From: Corallochytrium limacisporum Hawaii
Taxonomy: Eukaryota; Protista; Pluriformea
Direction: 5' to 3'
DNA: 64,000 nucleotides
Assembly (NCBI GenBank): GCA_002811645.1
Contig: PDIP01000014.1
Coordinates: 121,633 to 185,632, forward strand
Shown: piece by piece, positions 1-11,677 of the stretch
How the letters are laid out: each line of letters opens with the position of its first letter
How positions within the stretch are numbered: position 1 is the stretch's first letter
Program-made: the position numbers and the translations under genes
Notes under the pieces: generated by a model
Told to the model about the DNA's origin: nothing
What the model saw: only the letters and a program-made list of their open reading frames with translations
The model's database searches: none

Positions 1-689
1 TCCGCCAGTGGGCCAATAAAGAATACTACGACATTGATACCGGACAGCTGTTGGAAAAACATAAGAGTGTAGCTGATAATGTACGGCGCCTTGGAGTCCA
101 CCGCCTTCAACAGCCTCGGAGAGGAAGGGTTACGATTACGCTCTGGATTGCGGACAATAGCCATCAGAATGACACCCGCCGCGCCTGAGACACACGCACT
201 GATCCATGCCAGGTCTCGCCATCCAGCAAAGAGTCCAAAAACATTGACCAAAAGGATCCCGCTGCTAATGCCCACTTGGGTTATTGACCCAAACGCCCCC
301 TCTGTGCCCGGAGTTGCCATCTCGTTGAGGAAAAGGGGGGCGCAAACTGTTGTGGCGCCTAATGCTAAGCCAGTGATGATCCTGCCCAGAAGAAGGACTC
401 CAAAGTCCTGGGCCACAGCCTGGATCACCCAGCCCAGGCTCATAGTCACACATTCTAAAATAAGACCCCTGTAGGCACCTTGAAATCGAACGAAAAACCC
501 GAAGAGACCTGCACCCACAGCCGCAGCAAGAGATAAAACCCCTGAATAAGTGCTGCTCTCGAAGTCACTGAGACCGAGCTCATCCGTAATTTCTGTTAAA
601 CTTGGTGAGGTGTACGAAAGAGAGAACCCGGCCACTACAGTGGCCAGACCCCCCACAAGCGCAGAGAGAAGAACCGACGGTTCAATCAT
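1..689 (-). CDS. Sugar-porter family MFS transporter (GLUT6/8- or ERD6-like), N-terminal part; runs off the window start
   Basis: Absent from the ORF track because it is truncated by the window. My translation from the ATG at 689: MIEPSVLLSALVGGLATVVAGFSLSYTSP...LLLGRIITGLALG...PLFLNEMA...GAFGSITQVGISSGILL...GWRDLAW...PSSPRLL...FFQQLSGINVVVFF. This carries the sugar-porter GR..G, E(M)A, GWR, P(E/S)SPR and QQLSGIN motifs. Confidence 0.9.
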   Translation of the reverse strand, partial: MIEPSVLLSALVGGLATVVAGFSLSYTSPSLTEITDELGLSDFESSTYSGVLSLAAAVGAGLFGFFVRFQGAYRGLILECVTMSLGWVIQAVAQDFGVLLLGRIITGLALGATTVCAPLFLNEMATPGTEGAFGSITQVGISSGILLVNVFGLFAGWRDLAWISACVSGAAGVILMAIVRNPERNRNPSSPRLLKAVDSKAPYIISYTLMFFQQLSGINVVVFFIGPLA

Positions 690-1960
690 TGTCACCTGTC
701 TAGAATTCGGGACGACAGTCTTACCAATTCCCAAAGATCACTCACATGACCATGCTGTCGTCAAGTACGTAACGGGATAGCGTTGTGCGTATGTGGGCCT
801 ACAAGCCGTCGCGGGCTTGCACCAAAGGCGCCTACTGTTCCTCTACCCTGCAATCACTCGGGAGGGAATGCTGTCCACCCAGCCGATTTCTAAGATACCG
901 GGTTACCCCTCCCCTCGTTCACTCTGCGTTCGTACGTGCTAAGTTCCACCTAGGATTGCAACAGTAAAGAGGAAGACGGTGTAATATACTGCGTCAGCGC
1001 GGACCCACTTCAATACCGCCCGCCTCCCACCCCCACTGCTCCTTCCTTCTTCAATACGCACTCGCGCCCGGCTTGGGCCCCCCTTCCACTTTTGGCCCTC
1101 CAGCCAGGTCCCGCACCGAATGTACGTGACTCAGGCAGGAGTCTATTATTAAGTCTTGTGCCGGCGGGGACTCGAACGCTTTGGCGCAGATATTTGTGGA
1201 ATCATAGAATATTAAGTACTTGTGGATTTCGGCCCAGGGGATGGGCGTTTGGTATCCAATGTATTGTAAGTTGGGAGTTCAGAAGTGAAATAACCCCCCC
1301 CCCTTCTATCCGCAGTTCCCAACCTACTGCCGTCCCTAGGGGTTTTCTTTTGTAATACATTGATTATGGAGGTGGCCGGACTCGGGGGCATTTGTTATGG
1401 CTTTTCGGGTTCGCCAGTACTCAGCGAAACCTCAGGCCGTTCCCGAGGGCGCTCACTCGCAATTGGCTGTTGCACAGAGAGACATTACCACAACACCTCA
1501 CGAAACACACAGGACACCACGGGTACTGCACTCCCTCTCCGTTCGGATCGTCTTCCCTACGGTGTATAACACATTAAGGAAGCAGGAGGTTTGTGCCGCT
1601 TTTTTTTTTTTTGTTTTTCGTTGTGGTCTCGGTTCGGAGTAAGGGAGGGAGTCCATTGTTTTGACTTTCAAAGGGTGGGGAGGGAGAGCCCAGGAGTGCG
1701 ACCAAGAGATTTCCAGCCAATGGGGGGTTTTTCGGGGCAGTTAGAGCGAGCATATAAACCGTTTGGTTTTCATGCAGGCGATCATTGTTGTAACTGAAGT
1801 GTTGTATGCTTCCGGACGGTTGATCCAGGATTGACACTACACACCAGGAGAGATCGTATAAAAGTGAAGCGTCTCTGGAAATGAAGACGCTGGTCCGTTA
1901 CGCGCAGGATAGCGGGAAGAGGATACCGAATAGAACGCACGTCCAAAGAACCTTTCAGTC

Positions 1961-3061
1961 ATGTCTCAGGTTTTTCCATTAGCACAGAATCCGGTGAAGC
2001 CGGTTGTGTGCCATGCATGGAATGGTGATTTTACAAAGATTGCCATCTGCCCAAACACACCGACAGTGCAGATCTTTGAGCTAAAGAATGGTGCATGGGT
2101 ACTTGAGACTGAGTTGGATAAACACACTGATATTGTGACTGGTATGGATTGGGGAAAGAAGAACAACAAGCTGATTACTTGCAGCCAGGATAGGGATGCA
2201 CATGTGTGGAGCCCTGGTGAGTGGAATCCTACTTTGGTGGTTCTCAAGTTTTCTCGAGCGGCGACCGGAGTGCGTTGGAGCCCAAACGAAGACAAGGTGG
2301 CTGTGACATCAGCGTCTAAGCAAATTGGAGTTTGTTACTATGAAGAGCACAACGACTGGTGGGTCAGTCGCAATGTGAAGAAAGAGATCGACTCCACCGT
2401 GCTTTGTGTAGACTGGCATCCGAACAATTGGGTCATCGCTGCCGGCTCTGCAGATTTCAAGGTGCGGATTTTTAGTGCTTATCTGAAGGAACGTGAAGAG
2501 CGGCCAGAGAAGGGTGAATGGGGAGGCGGTAACTTTGGCTCTGTTCTCACTGAGTTCAGTACCGGGGGCTGGATTAATGAGGTGTCATTCTCTCCTGATG
2601 GCACCCAGCTTGCATGGTGCACTCATGACTCGAGCGTGACGGTGGTGGATGCTAAGAAGGGCTTGGAAGCCGCATCTGCCACCCAGACTGTGCGCATGCC
2701 GATCTTGCCATTGAATTCCATCTTCTTCTTCTCAGAAGACCACATTGTTGGCGCAGGGCACGACTTCCAGCCGTATCTTTTGACTTCTGCTGCTGGTAAG
2801 TGGCAGCTCACTGGTAAGCTTGACAAGACCGAACAGCCCAAGGCTGCTTCTGCAAACAGCGCCATGGCGAAATTTAAACAGATGGATTCCCGTGGCCAGG
2901 AGCGAAAGGACACCGAGGCCTTGACTCAGCACAAGAACACCGTCAACGAGATTCGTCGCTACAAGAAAGATCAGTTCTCTACTGTGGCCAGCGATGGCAA
3001 GCTGGTCATCTGGGACTCCATGTCCACGCTCGAGAGCAAGATGGAACGCCTAAAGGTCTGA
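1961..3061 (+). CDS. ARPC1: Arp2/3 complex subunit 1 (p41-Arc, WD40)
   Basis: Characteristic segments CHAWN, TCSQDRDAHVW, WNPTLVVL, WSPNEDK, YYEEHNDWWVS, STVLCVDWHPNN, AAGSADFKVRIFSAYLKE, AMAKFKQMD, H.NTVNEIR. Confidence 0.97.
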   Translation: MSQVFPLAQNPVKPVVCHAWNGDFTKIAICPNTPTVQIFELKNGAWVLETELDKHTDIVTGMDWGKKNNKLITCSQDRDAHVWSPGEWNPTLVVLKFSRAATGVRWSPNEDKVAVTSASKQIGVCYYEEHNDWWVSRNVKKEIDSTVLCVDWHPNNWVIAAGSADFKVRIFSAYLKEREERPEKGEWGGGNFGSVLTEFSTGGWINEVSFSPDGTQLAWCTHDSSVTVVDAKKGLEAASATQTVRMPILPLNSIFFFSEDHIVGAGHDFQPYLLTSAAGKWQLTGKLDKTEQPKAASANSAMAKFKQMDSRGQERKDTEALTQHKNTVNEIRRYKKDQFSTVASDGKLVIWDSMSTLESKMERLKV

Positions 3062-3107
3062 GTTACAACAGCAACCGTCACGCTATAAGCTTGATCAGCA
3101 GTAGGGG

Positions 3108-3113
3108 AATAAA
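3108..3113 (+). terminator. Putative polyadenylation signal (AATAAA) of ARPC1
   Basis: AATAAA begins 47 nt after the ARPC1 stop, inside a 111-bp convergent intergenic gap. Confidence 0.5.
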
Positions 3114-3172
3114 AAAAAACACAGATGACGTTCTCAACTAGGATCACTTATAGTGATCGCAGTAATACAATA

Positions 3173-4675
3173 TCATGCTTCGGGCCTGCTTCGCATAAAC
3201 TCATCAGAATTATCTAAGACCTTCCCCACAAAGAAGCGCTCACTCACGAAGGCCACCCGCGGCCTACCACCGTTCGGGTTCTCGGCTCGTTTGTGCACTT
3301 GGGTCGCAGCTTCCTTGTATCTTTTCACTTTGAAATGACTTTCACTAGCTATGATAATGATGCCATGAATGCTGGAGACCGATGGCATTTCGTCTTCCAG
3401 GGCAGGGTTTACCCACGACATCGTTTTTCCCAGATCTCGAAAAACGTCAATGATGGGGTCTGTCGCTCCCAGAAGGACATACCGATACTTGGTCAAGACG
3501 TGGGGAGCGTATTGCTTACAGCACTGTCCAATCCGTTCATTGAACAGGTCTCTTCTGTGAATGACAACTTTACCCTGTAGCAGCATTTTGATGAGGTGGA
3601 CCCTCCCGATTTCCGTCTCCACGTCATCTACGATCACAACATCGTATTCCAACCTGTGTACCTCAGGACAGAAAGCAACGAGTCCCAACTCCCTGGCTCT
3701 CTCTTTCTCTCTGTCGCTAAGGCGGCTTGCCCCGTTCAGGAACTCGTGATAAACCAGTCCGCTAAGTGTACGTTCCAACCGCAGTCGTTTTGGCTCCCTT
3801 GTCTCTTTGGGACCGTCATCTTGTGGCACAGCCTCGAAGGGACGCTTGGCTGGAGACTGGATGGAGACTACAGTTCTCGCATTTGACAAAATGCCACTAG
3901 CAACCAATTCTTTAAAAAACTCTCGAGAGCATATGTCACCGGCTGTGAGGATTGATGAGCCGTATTGTGCACTGCATTCTTGTGGCTTGTGTCCGTGTTT
4001 AAGATCTTCATTCTCCGCAAAGAGATACTCCAGCAGACCCTTGTTTGAATTCACGATGCATTGGAGAAGGTTGGCTCGGTGAAGTGCCTGCTGGTACTTG
4101 CGCGACATACTGCTATCCCTGGTGTCGCCCCCCTGAGAAGCATTCCGATCCTTGTCACCAACAGAAGACGACAAGGATGCGCATGGTGAAGTATGGTCCA
4201 AAAGACCCATTGTTTCATCCCTAATTCCGTTTTTGATTATGTCTATCAATATGTCACGCAATTTAAGAACATGGAGATAGGTATGCGCAACGTCTCGACA
4301 AGATATGTAATCTGTACGCGCCCTGCCCTCCGTGTCTTCACCAGCTTTCATCTCACTTCTAGCATGATGATGTTGTTGAGTAGGGTTTTGTGTTAAATCC
4401 GTGGCTTGCGTAGTCCTCAGCCTTGCATTCTCGCGGTCAAGATTAGCACATGTACGGCGCAGGATAGCGTGCTCTTTGGTCAAATGATTCAATTTGGCCT
4501 CGTACTGTTTTACTGTCTCGATCAGCGACTTTCGCTCATCAGTGAGCTTGTTCACCAAGCGTACAGCCTGTTCACCAGTATCGTCTGTGCAATTGGCTTG
4601 CTCAGACAAGCTTTTACCCGCTGCACGCACATCCTCTTGTGAACTTGGCCTAGGTTGATCGACACTGACCATCAT
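3173..4675 (-). CDS. Uncharacterised nuclear protein: coiled-coil N-terminus and putative tandem BRCT-like C-terminus
   Basis: 500-aa ORF. Heptad region LTDERKSL...RENARLR; bipartite NLS-like AKRPF...PKRLRL. Two alpha/beta repeats end in GKVVIHRRDL and RVAFVSERFFVGKVL, reminiscent of the BRCT terminal strand-helix. The domain call is tentative. Confidence 0.7.
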   Translation of the reverse strand: MMVSVDQPRPSSQEDVRAAGKSLSEQANCTDDTGEQAVRLVNKLTDERKSLIETVKQYEAKLNHLTKEHAILRRTCANLDRENARLRTTQATDLTQNPTQQHHHARSEMKAGEDTEGRARTDYISCRDVAHTYLHVLKLRDILIDIIKNGIRDETMGLLDHTSPCASLSSSVGDKDRNASQGGDTRDSSMSRKYQQALHRANLLQCIVNSNKGLLEYLFAENEDLKHGHKPQECSAQYGSSILTAGDICSREFFKELVASGILSNARTVVSIQSPAKRPFEAVPQDDGPKETREPKRLRLERTLSGLVYHEFLNGASRLSDREKERARELGLVAFCPEVHRLEYDVVIVDDVETEIGRVHLIKMLLQGKVVIHRRDLFNERIGQCCKQYAPHVLTKYRYVLLGATDPIIDVFRDLGKTMSWVNPALEDEMPSVSSIHGIIIIASESHFKVKRYKEAATQVHKRAENPNGGRPRVAFVSERFFVGKVLDNSDEFMRSRPEA

Positions 4676-5153
4676 TTCATGTATGGAAGCTCATGACGAG
4701 TAGTCGGGGCAGTGCAAAAAAATAAGTCTGCAATCGTTTGATGTCTACACATTTTATTGTCGATTGAAATAAAAGATCAAGCAAGTCAATAGTTCGCCTC
4801 AGGTACCAGGAAATGACGACCTGTGGTCCATGTACGATCTCGCAATTAACTCAGGGCCGATGCCCGCGGACCCCCCCCCTTCAACACTAGGCCGAAAATA
4901 TTGATCAATAATCCACGTTGACGTTTCAGCGAGAGGGCAGGCGCTTGCGAACCCCTCGCTTCGACCTCCAACCGAGGTGCAGTTGAAAGTAGCCGTTCTC
5001 GGGAGCATCCATCGCTATCAGTCCATACAATACAAAGGATGAACCAGTCGATGATGGTATTTATAACACCATAGCTAATCATTCATTTCCCTGACACAAC
5101 AAGATCGAGTCATGTACAGAAGTTCGTCAGCGGGAATCAAATTAGTTGTTGCC

Positions 5154-5504
5154 ATGACCGACGCCCAGAAGAACGGAGATCTGCTGTATTGCTTACACTG
5201 CCCGTCAAGGATTCTTCGGCCAAATATGGCCAGTGAGGCCTCGCAGAGTATAGCCCTGCCGAAAATGACGGCCAAGAAGAAAGCAGACAATACTTACTCG
5301 GTCGAAACGGACGACATCACTGAATGGTGGCAGGTCCCTGGTATATTCGATTTTGAGAACGTCGGATTTGCGCACACTGTCGACAACAAAAAATATCTTG
5401 CGTGTGCGGACTGTGAAATGGGCCCTATTGGTGTGCATCTGCTGGATTCGAATACTATCCTCGTGGCAAAGACCCGGGTGCGATACACTCTTGAGGAACC
5501 CTAG
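5154..5504 (+). CDS. RABIF: MSS4/RABIF (Dss4) Rab-interacting factor
   Basis: Zn-binding CLHCPSRIL and KYLACADCEMGPIG, plus FDFENVGF. Start placed at the ATG at 5154 (gccATG) rather than the ORF-track start at 5112. Confidence 0.93.
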   Translation: MTDAQKNGDLLYCLHCPSRILRPNMASEASQSIALPKMTAKKKADNTYSVETDDITEWWQVPGIFDFENVGFAHTVDNKKYLACADCEMGPIGVHLLDSNTILVAKTRVRYTLEEP

Positions 5505-5987
5505 GACCTGTTTCACTCTCAGATTAGATGAATATTTTTTCCTTCTTTTATTATCCGGATCATGTTTATAAATATGGTATGTTCATGTGTGTTTCTATTA
5601 TTTTTATATTCTGCCATCCATAAACTTCACCTCACGGATTTGTATGTATGGAAAAGCCAGTCCACCGTGAACTCCCCTCTCGACGAGGGCCGCCCTCCCC
5701 CCCGGGGGTTGTGGGGGATCACCCTCGCGTGCCACATGCGACCGAATTGTAATGAGGAACTGAAGAAAACATGCGAATTGGCGAATAGGTAGTTCAGCCT
5801 GCCTACGTATTCTACGAGTAAGGTATGGGAAAGGCATTTTGGATTAGAAAATCTGTGACACAAAGCAATGATTAAGTTATATGTTCGTAAAGTGGGAATA
5901 ATCGGAAAAGCCTGTTCATAGCTCTCGCTCTTTTTTGGGTATGAAACATAGTTTCGTGAGGGAATAATAGATTACGAGACGATCACG

Positions 5988-6428
5988 ATGCGACCGACAC
6001 AGATTCTCAGAATTCAAGACTTGAAAGTGATGCCGGGAATTCTCCCTATCAAAAAATTAAGAGGAGCCCAGAAACTGGAGGTTCAGAGACAGGCGACGTT
6101 AAATCGGTGGAGACAAGCGCAACGAGAGCGCAACCCTCGACCGGTCGGTGTTCTCACAACAATAATTGAAGAGGCAGCTGCCAATGGAGGAGACTTGCCC
6201 GATGACCGAAAGTTTCTGCTGGACTGGGAACCTTTCCGTCGTCAATCACATGGCGTGCGCCCTCTGGCACAGGCAATTAAGTTTAAAGATCCAGAAAAGC
6301 GCCGCGTTGCAGATGATCAGTTGAGGGCATGGCATGAGAAGTACACTCCAAGATATGCCTTTGAGACTGAAGAAGAGGCACTTGCGAGGCAACCTCGTAA
6401 AGCACTTAAGGGTGACGAATATGATTAA
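5988..6428 (+). CDS. Small basic protein, probably mitochondrial; weak resemblance to mitoribosomal mL52
   Basis: 146-aa ORF with a good start context (tcacgATG), a presequence-like MRPTQILR and an AT-rich 3' flank. RWRQAQRERNPRPVGVLT...LPD loosely resembles the mL52 WR..QG...NP...GPLT.LPDW motif. Confidence 0.6.
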   Translation: MRPTQILRIQDLKVMPGILPIKKLRGAQKLEVQRQATLNRWRQAQRERNPRPVGVLTTIIEEAAANGGDLPDDRKFLLDWEPFRRQSHGVRPLAQAIKFKDPEKRRVADDQLRAWHEKYTPRYAFETEEEALARQPRKALKGDEYD

Positions 6429-9400
6429 ATATAAACAACACTGAACAATACTACGCTCATGCTTGCAGACCGGTTCAGACTGCGATGGGACGCGATTTAT
6501 TCGTGTACAATAGTGGAGAGCTGAAGCCTTCTGCACGATGCCTCAAGCGACGCAAGAGAAAATAGATCCATTCTGTAGTGCATACACGACTTCATTCAAG
6601 ATCATGTTTTGGGCCCGCTTGGAGTGGTTTGAGAGAAAGGGTGTGTGCTGCATCTCTCTCAGCACAGTGCCGGCACGGAAATGACTTAAACCCTCATTAA
6701 AACACAAAGCCATCATAATTAGGTGTGCAGTTTTCGGACGACGAACTCATCTCGATCTGGTCCGCCCTCGTCAAGCTACGGGCATCTCAGACTTCGTAGT
6801 CTATGCCCTCTTTGGGACATGTCTTTAGCGAATCTGTAGGCTTGCGAAAGCACACAATATGTTTCCTTCATATCCTGGGGTCCGTGGCTGTTCCCATAGA
6901 GTATCCCGGTTTACGGATTGTCCACAAGTGATCTGTGTGTGCGCAAACAGCTGTAGCTTCACCACAACCGAGAGAGCTAAACATCTTCACAGGAGAACTG
7001 TGGTGGCGCCAACATGCTATCCGTATCCGAACAGGTACAGAGGCTCGCCATGTCAACACCTGGTAGTATGCCGGTTGATCACAAGCAGATTGCACTGGCG
7101 CTTCCTGCTCATGGCTACCCGATTCTGCTTCGGGTGGAGTGGAACATATCTGTGTGCGCTCACCGTCTTCTAGATACACAGAAGACAAATTACACCACAC
7201 GTGGAACGGTAAAACCTCGAGAACGCAAGGTTACCTGTGGTTCGTACACATGGACAGTGAGAGACAGGGGTGGTCGATGAAAGCGGAGGTTTGTAACCCT
7301 CAAGCGGGAGACCCCACCCATGGAAATTCACGCCCGTCCCGTACTTTTTCGACACAACGGAGCGCGCTCTCAGAATTTCGTCAAACGTCAGCTAGCGGGG
7401 GGAGGATTTGACCCGCTCCACATTCCATCCCTTGGGAGAGACACAAACCAATATATCGAGTATACGTCGCAACATAGGTGTTATAGCACTCGAAGTTTCG
7501 CAAATCGGACAACCTCATGATCATAGAGACTGCTCTATGACGATTGAATGATGTTCAGAGTTGTCTTACCTGGCCACTATTGCTGGTGCACGCTCGTAAT
7601 CTTGCCTTCCTTTAGGGCGCATTATAGAGCCCGAAAATTTGAGTCCTGCAAAATCTTCTCGGTTGCACAAAGGGGTTTCTGAAGGTCATCTCGCACGCTC
7701 CTGATGTTTCGCCCAAACGGATCCTTCCGCTGATGCAAAAGCGACAACATAGATTGCCGATGTGAGTTCTGATTGGCGTTCCGGCAGGCACACAACCCGG
7801 GCCCTGGCCTGTTGCGTAGGAGTAAGCTCCTGGAGCAGTTCCAAACAAGTGCGGCACAATGCGTTCAACGGATATCTCATCGTACGGTACAACGCTCCCC
7901 TCGTGGGAGGCTTTGTCCTATCAAGGAACATCGCGTAGGTATGTATTCTCCACAGCAGCAACGCTCTACTACAGAGCAGTGTAAACGAAAGATGATGCTG
8001 GATGCTGCACACTTGCGCATTGTTGGAGCGTAGAAAGGCTAGAAATTTACACGGGGTGACGGGGACATTCATTGCACCCTTTGTGACTCACCCCCGTGCT
8101 CAGATACGGGAACCACCCAGTCGTATGTGTGACACAAAATGCGATCCTTTTTTCGGCGCGTAAGTTACAATAACGCCGCGGGGTCCGTCCATAGGACGGG
8201 TGCACCAGGGAGCGCAATAGAGGCAGGTGTATGAGCACTGGAATGTTCCTACAGGACATGACTCAACCACACTGCCTACGAAAAGGAGACCACACACATA
8301 CATAGATGTCTAGCCCCTCCTTTCTCAAAAATCTAAAATTTCACTCTTTGGCTGCAAGCAAAAGTTAGAAAAGTCGCACAAATTGACGGGGTTAGGAGGT
8401 CACTGTGGCCACTGCTAGCAGCGCACTCCGCTGTATAGTGAAACTAAGACATAAGTGTCACGGAGAACTGGAGGAATAGAACAGTGTCAGACGGATTGGA
8501 TAACCATGGGTTACTGCATCTGTCGTGTCCGTAAGCAAGTGGAAGCATCAGGCACAGAGGAGGGTCTATATGCTAATCTTGACACTCCTCTTTCCTTCTC
8601 ATTTCTTCCTTCTTCTTTCTCCATGGCTAATGTTTACTAGTTTTCATATGCTGCTGTTTTGGTGAAGTAGAATCATATATGCGCCCATGACGGTGTGATC
8701 CCTGGCCAACGGTGAAGTCGCCGGCTATAGGGAGACAATAGAAACGAAATCTGCTCCGATCTTCTACATCCGCGATTGACTTCGTTGATCATGCGTGCTC
8801 GTCTCCAATGATGTGAAAATGATGCTTAGCGGGCCAGAACTTACGATGCAAAAAGTTCTCTAGGTGGGGCTATCACCTTTTTGCTGCGCTCTGGCAGAAA
8901 TAACAGGCGATCTCTTATCCCTTAATAAACTCCCCCAACGGGTAGGGCCATGTTTTCCTAAACATGCACCACAGCCAAAAGGAGTCGTTCTCGTCTCCTC
9001 TCCGCCCAAGCTCACCTCCCACATCGAGTCACACTCAATTGCTTGGGCTGATCCGTTGTTGCGGTGGAAATCCGCCCTTGACATGATTCTCTGCCTTAAT
9101 GCCGTAAGACTGTTACTGAAGTTCCAAAACACACACACCACCAATGCAGCAAGGGAGTCACCATACATGTCCCATTCTTCCTCCCTCAATCATATGGCAC
9201 TCGCCGCGCTCTCGCTCGACGTCAAACTGCACCATATTATGGGGGAATCCTTCCAGTCTTGCGCACATACTTACCGTTCGGTTTCTGCTGGAACAGCTGT
9301 ACCGCTTCCTCTGAGCCAGAGTTCCCACTGAGCTATTGTAATGCGTAACACTCTTAGTATTGGTGTTATGCATAGTGTTCCACATTCGTTCCCTTGAATA

Positions 9401-11653
9401 GATTGCAGCGCATAACCAGTGCTGCAAAATGGCTTGTCCATCTTCCCTTCGGTTGGATCTTCCTCACCAACGTCAACATAGTGCCAAACAACCAGGCCCT
9501 TTCACGGGGTATGTTCTGTGATGAATCGTTCATCTTTTCCTGATGTTCCACTGTCTTCCAGAGACATTCCTTTTCCCTTTACTTCTCTATGTCTTCAATC
9601 GCGTTCAGCAGTACGGAGGTCATCTACTTCTTGTCGTCTTCTGTGGTTTGGACCCCAGCCAAAAAGTAGAAACTTGGGTACTCCTTTGCAATGACCGCGA
9701 GCATTGCAAAGCATGTAATAGAGAAGAAAACAGAGCGCAGGACAGGCTCAAAATCGAAACAACTGCGCGATCGTCCCGCGGGAGCTGGTAACACTTAGCA
9801 CATCTAAACGAAACCTGGGCACTGCGAAGAGCGAGCTGCACACAGCCGTGTTGACGAACACGCATACTATGTGTATGTGATGACGGCAGTACAAAATAAG
9901 TAGTTCCCTACGCAACATTGACACACAACAGTCCCTGTTGCGTGGGTCTGTTGCCCTCGGCTTCGCATGGTAGCCCTTGATCAGCAGATATGTCGTACCG
10001 TACGTATGCCCGTTTACTGGTTACCTGCCTGAAGTGGCCTTGAATGGGAGAGACATACAAACACCACTGAAATTCCTGAACGCAATTGGTTAGAAATTCA
10101 TATCTGAATATATTTCTAAGTACACTCATTGAAATGAGTAAATAGCATGCGGAGGATTGTCGGGTACCAAATCGTAGAGAAACAGTGCTGAAACGGATCG
10201 ACAAGAATTTGGTGACTCTATAACCATATGGCCCCAGTATTCATAAACAGGGTCTCTTTCCAAGACCTGAACAAATTTTCAACCTGGGTTTGGAGATATA
10301 CCACCAGACGGCCAGACGCTGATGTGATAATCTCTTACAGCGTAGGCCAATTTGGAAAATTCCTACGCTGGTTCAGTACGACAGTAAATTTGGGGGTGAT
10401 TCGGTCCCCCCCCCCGTGTAAGCGAGTCATTGCATTCCCGAGACATCGAAGGAAAACTCTAAGCAACCACCAATCAAGAACACAATGCATGAGTACCCCT
10501 GTGAAGAAATCATCATTGGATAGCACTACACTTTCTTGATATTGACCAATGTTCCAAATTACAGTGTACATCCTGGTTCAGATGCTATACGGTATTGAGG
10601 GGAGCCATCAGTGTTCAATGAAGAGACGACAGGCAGAGGGAATAGCCAGAGACTCGGTAACAATCCCTCGAAACCTGCTCATTGATCACCTACGCCACCC
10701 GTGCCTTCTAGCTGTGTCCCAGATGATGCCTTTACCTATTAACTCTCTATCTGTTTTTTTTTTCATTTTGCGATGTCCACCTTAGATGCGAAACGAATCC
10801 CATAGCTAGGCGGCTGGAAGCAGCTGTACAGGAACGGGCAACCTTGAAGGGCAAAGGAACATTCTTCCGACAAGCAGAGGAGCACTGAGAGGGTAGTGCG
10901 CTATTCATCCGTAGACTACGTGTATCGTGCTCACATCGTCTTTGAAATCCCCTAGGTGCATGTCATATCTAGCTTGCCATCTTCGTCGAGTCCAGCATAT
11001 TTGACAGCCTGTACCTACCGTATCCAATAACAAGAGGGTGATCTCGTTTACTGTTTAGAATGTTTAGCGGGTTAGAATTCACCGAAAGGCACATGCACAG
11101 CTCGCAGTGAACGACCGTACAAGGTATGGACGAAATTCTGGCGCGTGGCCAATTTGTGTGGCCCAGGAGACGGTCGCTGCGTTTTTTGGACGCCAAACCC
11201 TTTCCCCAATGAGTATTGTATGACTGACTGCATTAGTTGAGCCTACAAGCAGAAAGGGGGCCGAGAGCAAAAAGGTTTCCGTAGTTCAAAAGCACACACT
11301 ACTGGCTGAACGTGCGCCCATATGTTTTCCTGGCCAGACGAGCGGGTGATTTGCAATTTTGGAGTAGTCTGCGGAATTAGAAATTGTGATGAAAATTCAT
11401 ATGCCAAGAGCTTTTGGCCGCTCCAAGTCTAAGGGTCACCATTCATTTTTCTTCTTTTTTGCACGCCCGTTCACAGTAAGGTGGCCGCCCTCGATACTCT
11501 TCAATGGCTGAGAACGAGACCTCGTACCCAGTATACTTATGCACAAGAGTTCCATGGATCTGTGATCTATAGTTCTATTAGCTGATATAGGCATCACGAA
11601 CCCAGACGGGGGAAGAAGAACTTATTACCAATCTCTGCAATGAATGGACTTGG

Positions 11654-11677
11654 ATATATATATATATATATATATAT
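11654..11677. repeat. (AT)n microsatellite
   Basis: About 12 perfect AT units. Confidence 0.9.

Noticed and set aside
7563-7580. CTTACCTGG (U1 5'-end-like) and CATTGCAC at about 8070
   Set aside because: The pieces are about 500 bp apart and lack the U1 stem-loop I and Sm site arrangement.
9227-9274. Possible 48-nt GTAAGT...TGCAG intron on the minus strand
   Set aside because: Splicing gave no longer or recognisable ORF in the frames I checked.
10490-10550. VPL*RNHHWIALHFLDID, reminiscent of a Ulp1-protease His motif (transposon relic)
   Set aside because: Very short, interrupted by stops, with no downstream Asp/Cys motifs.
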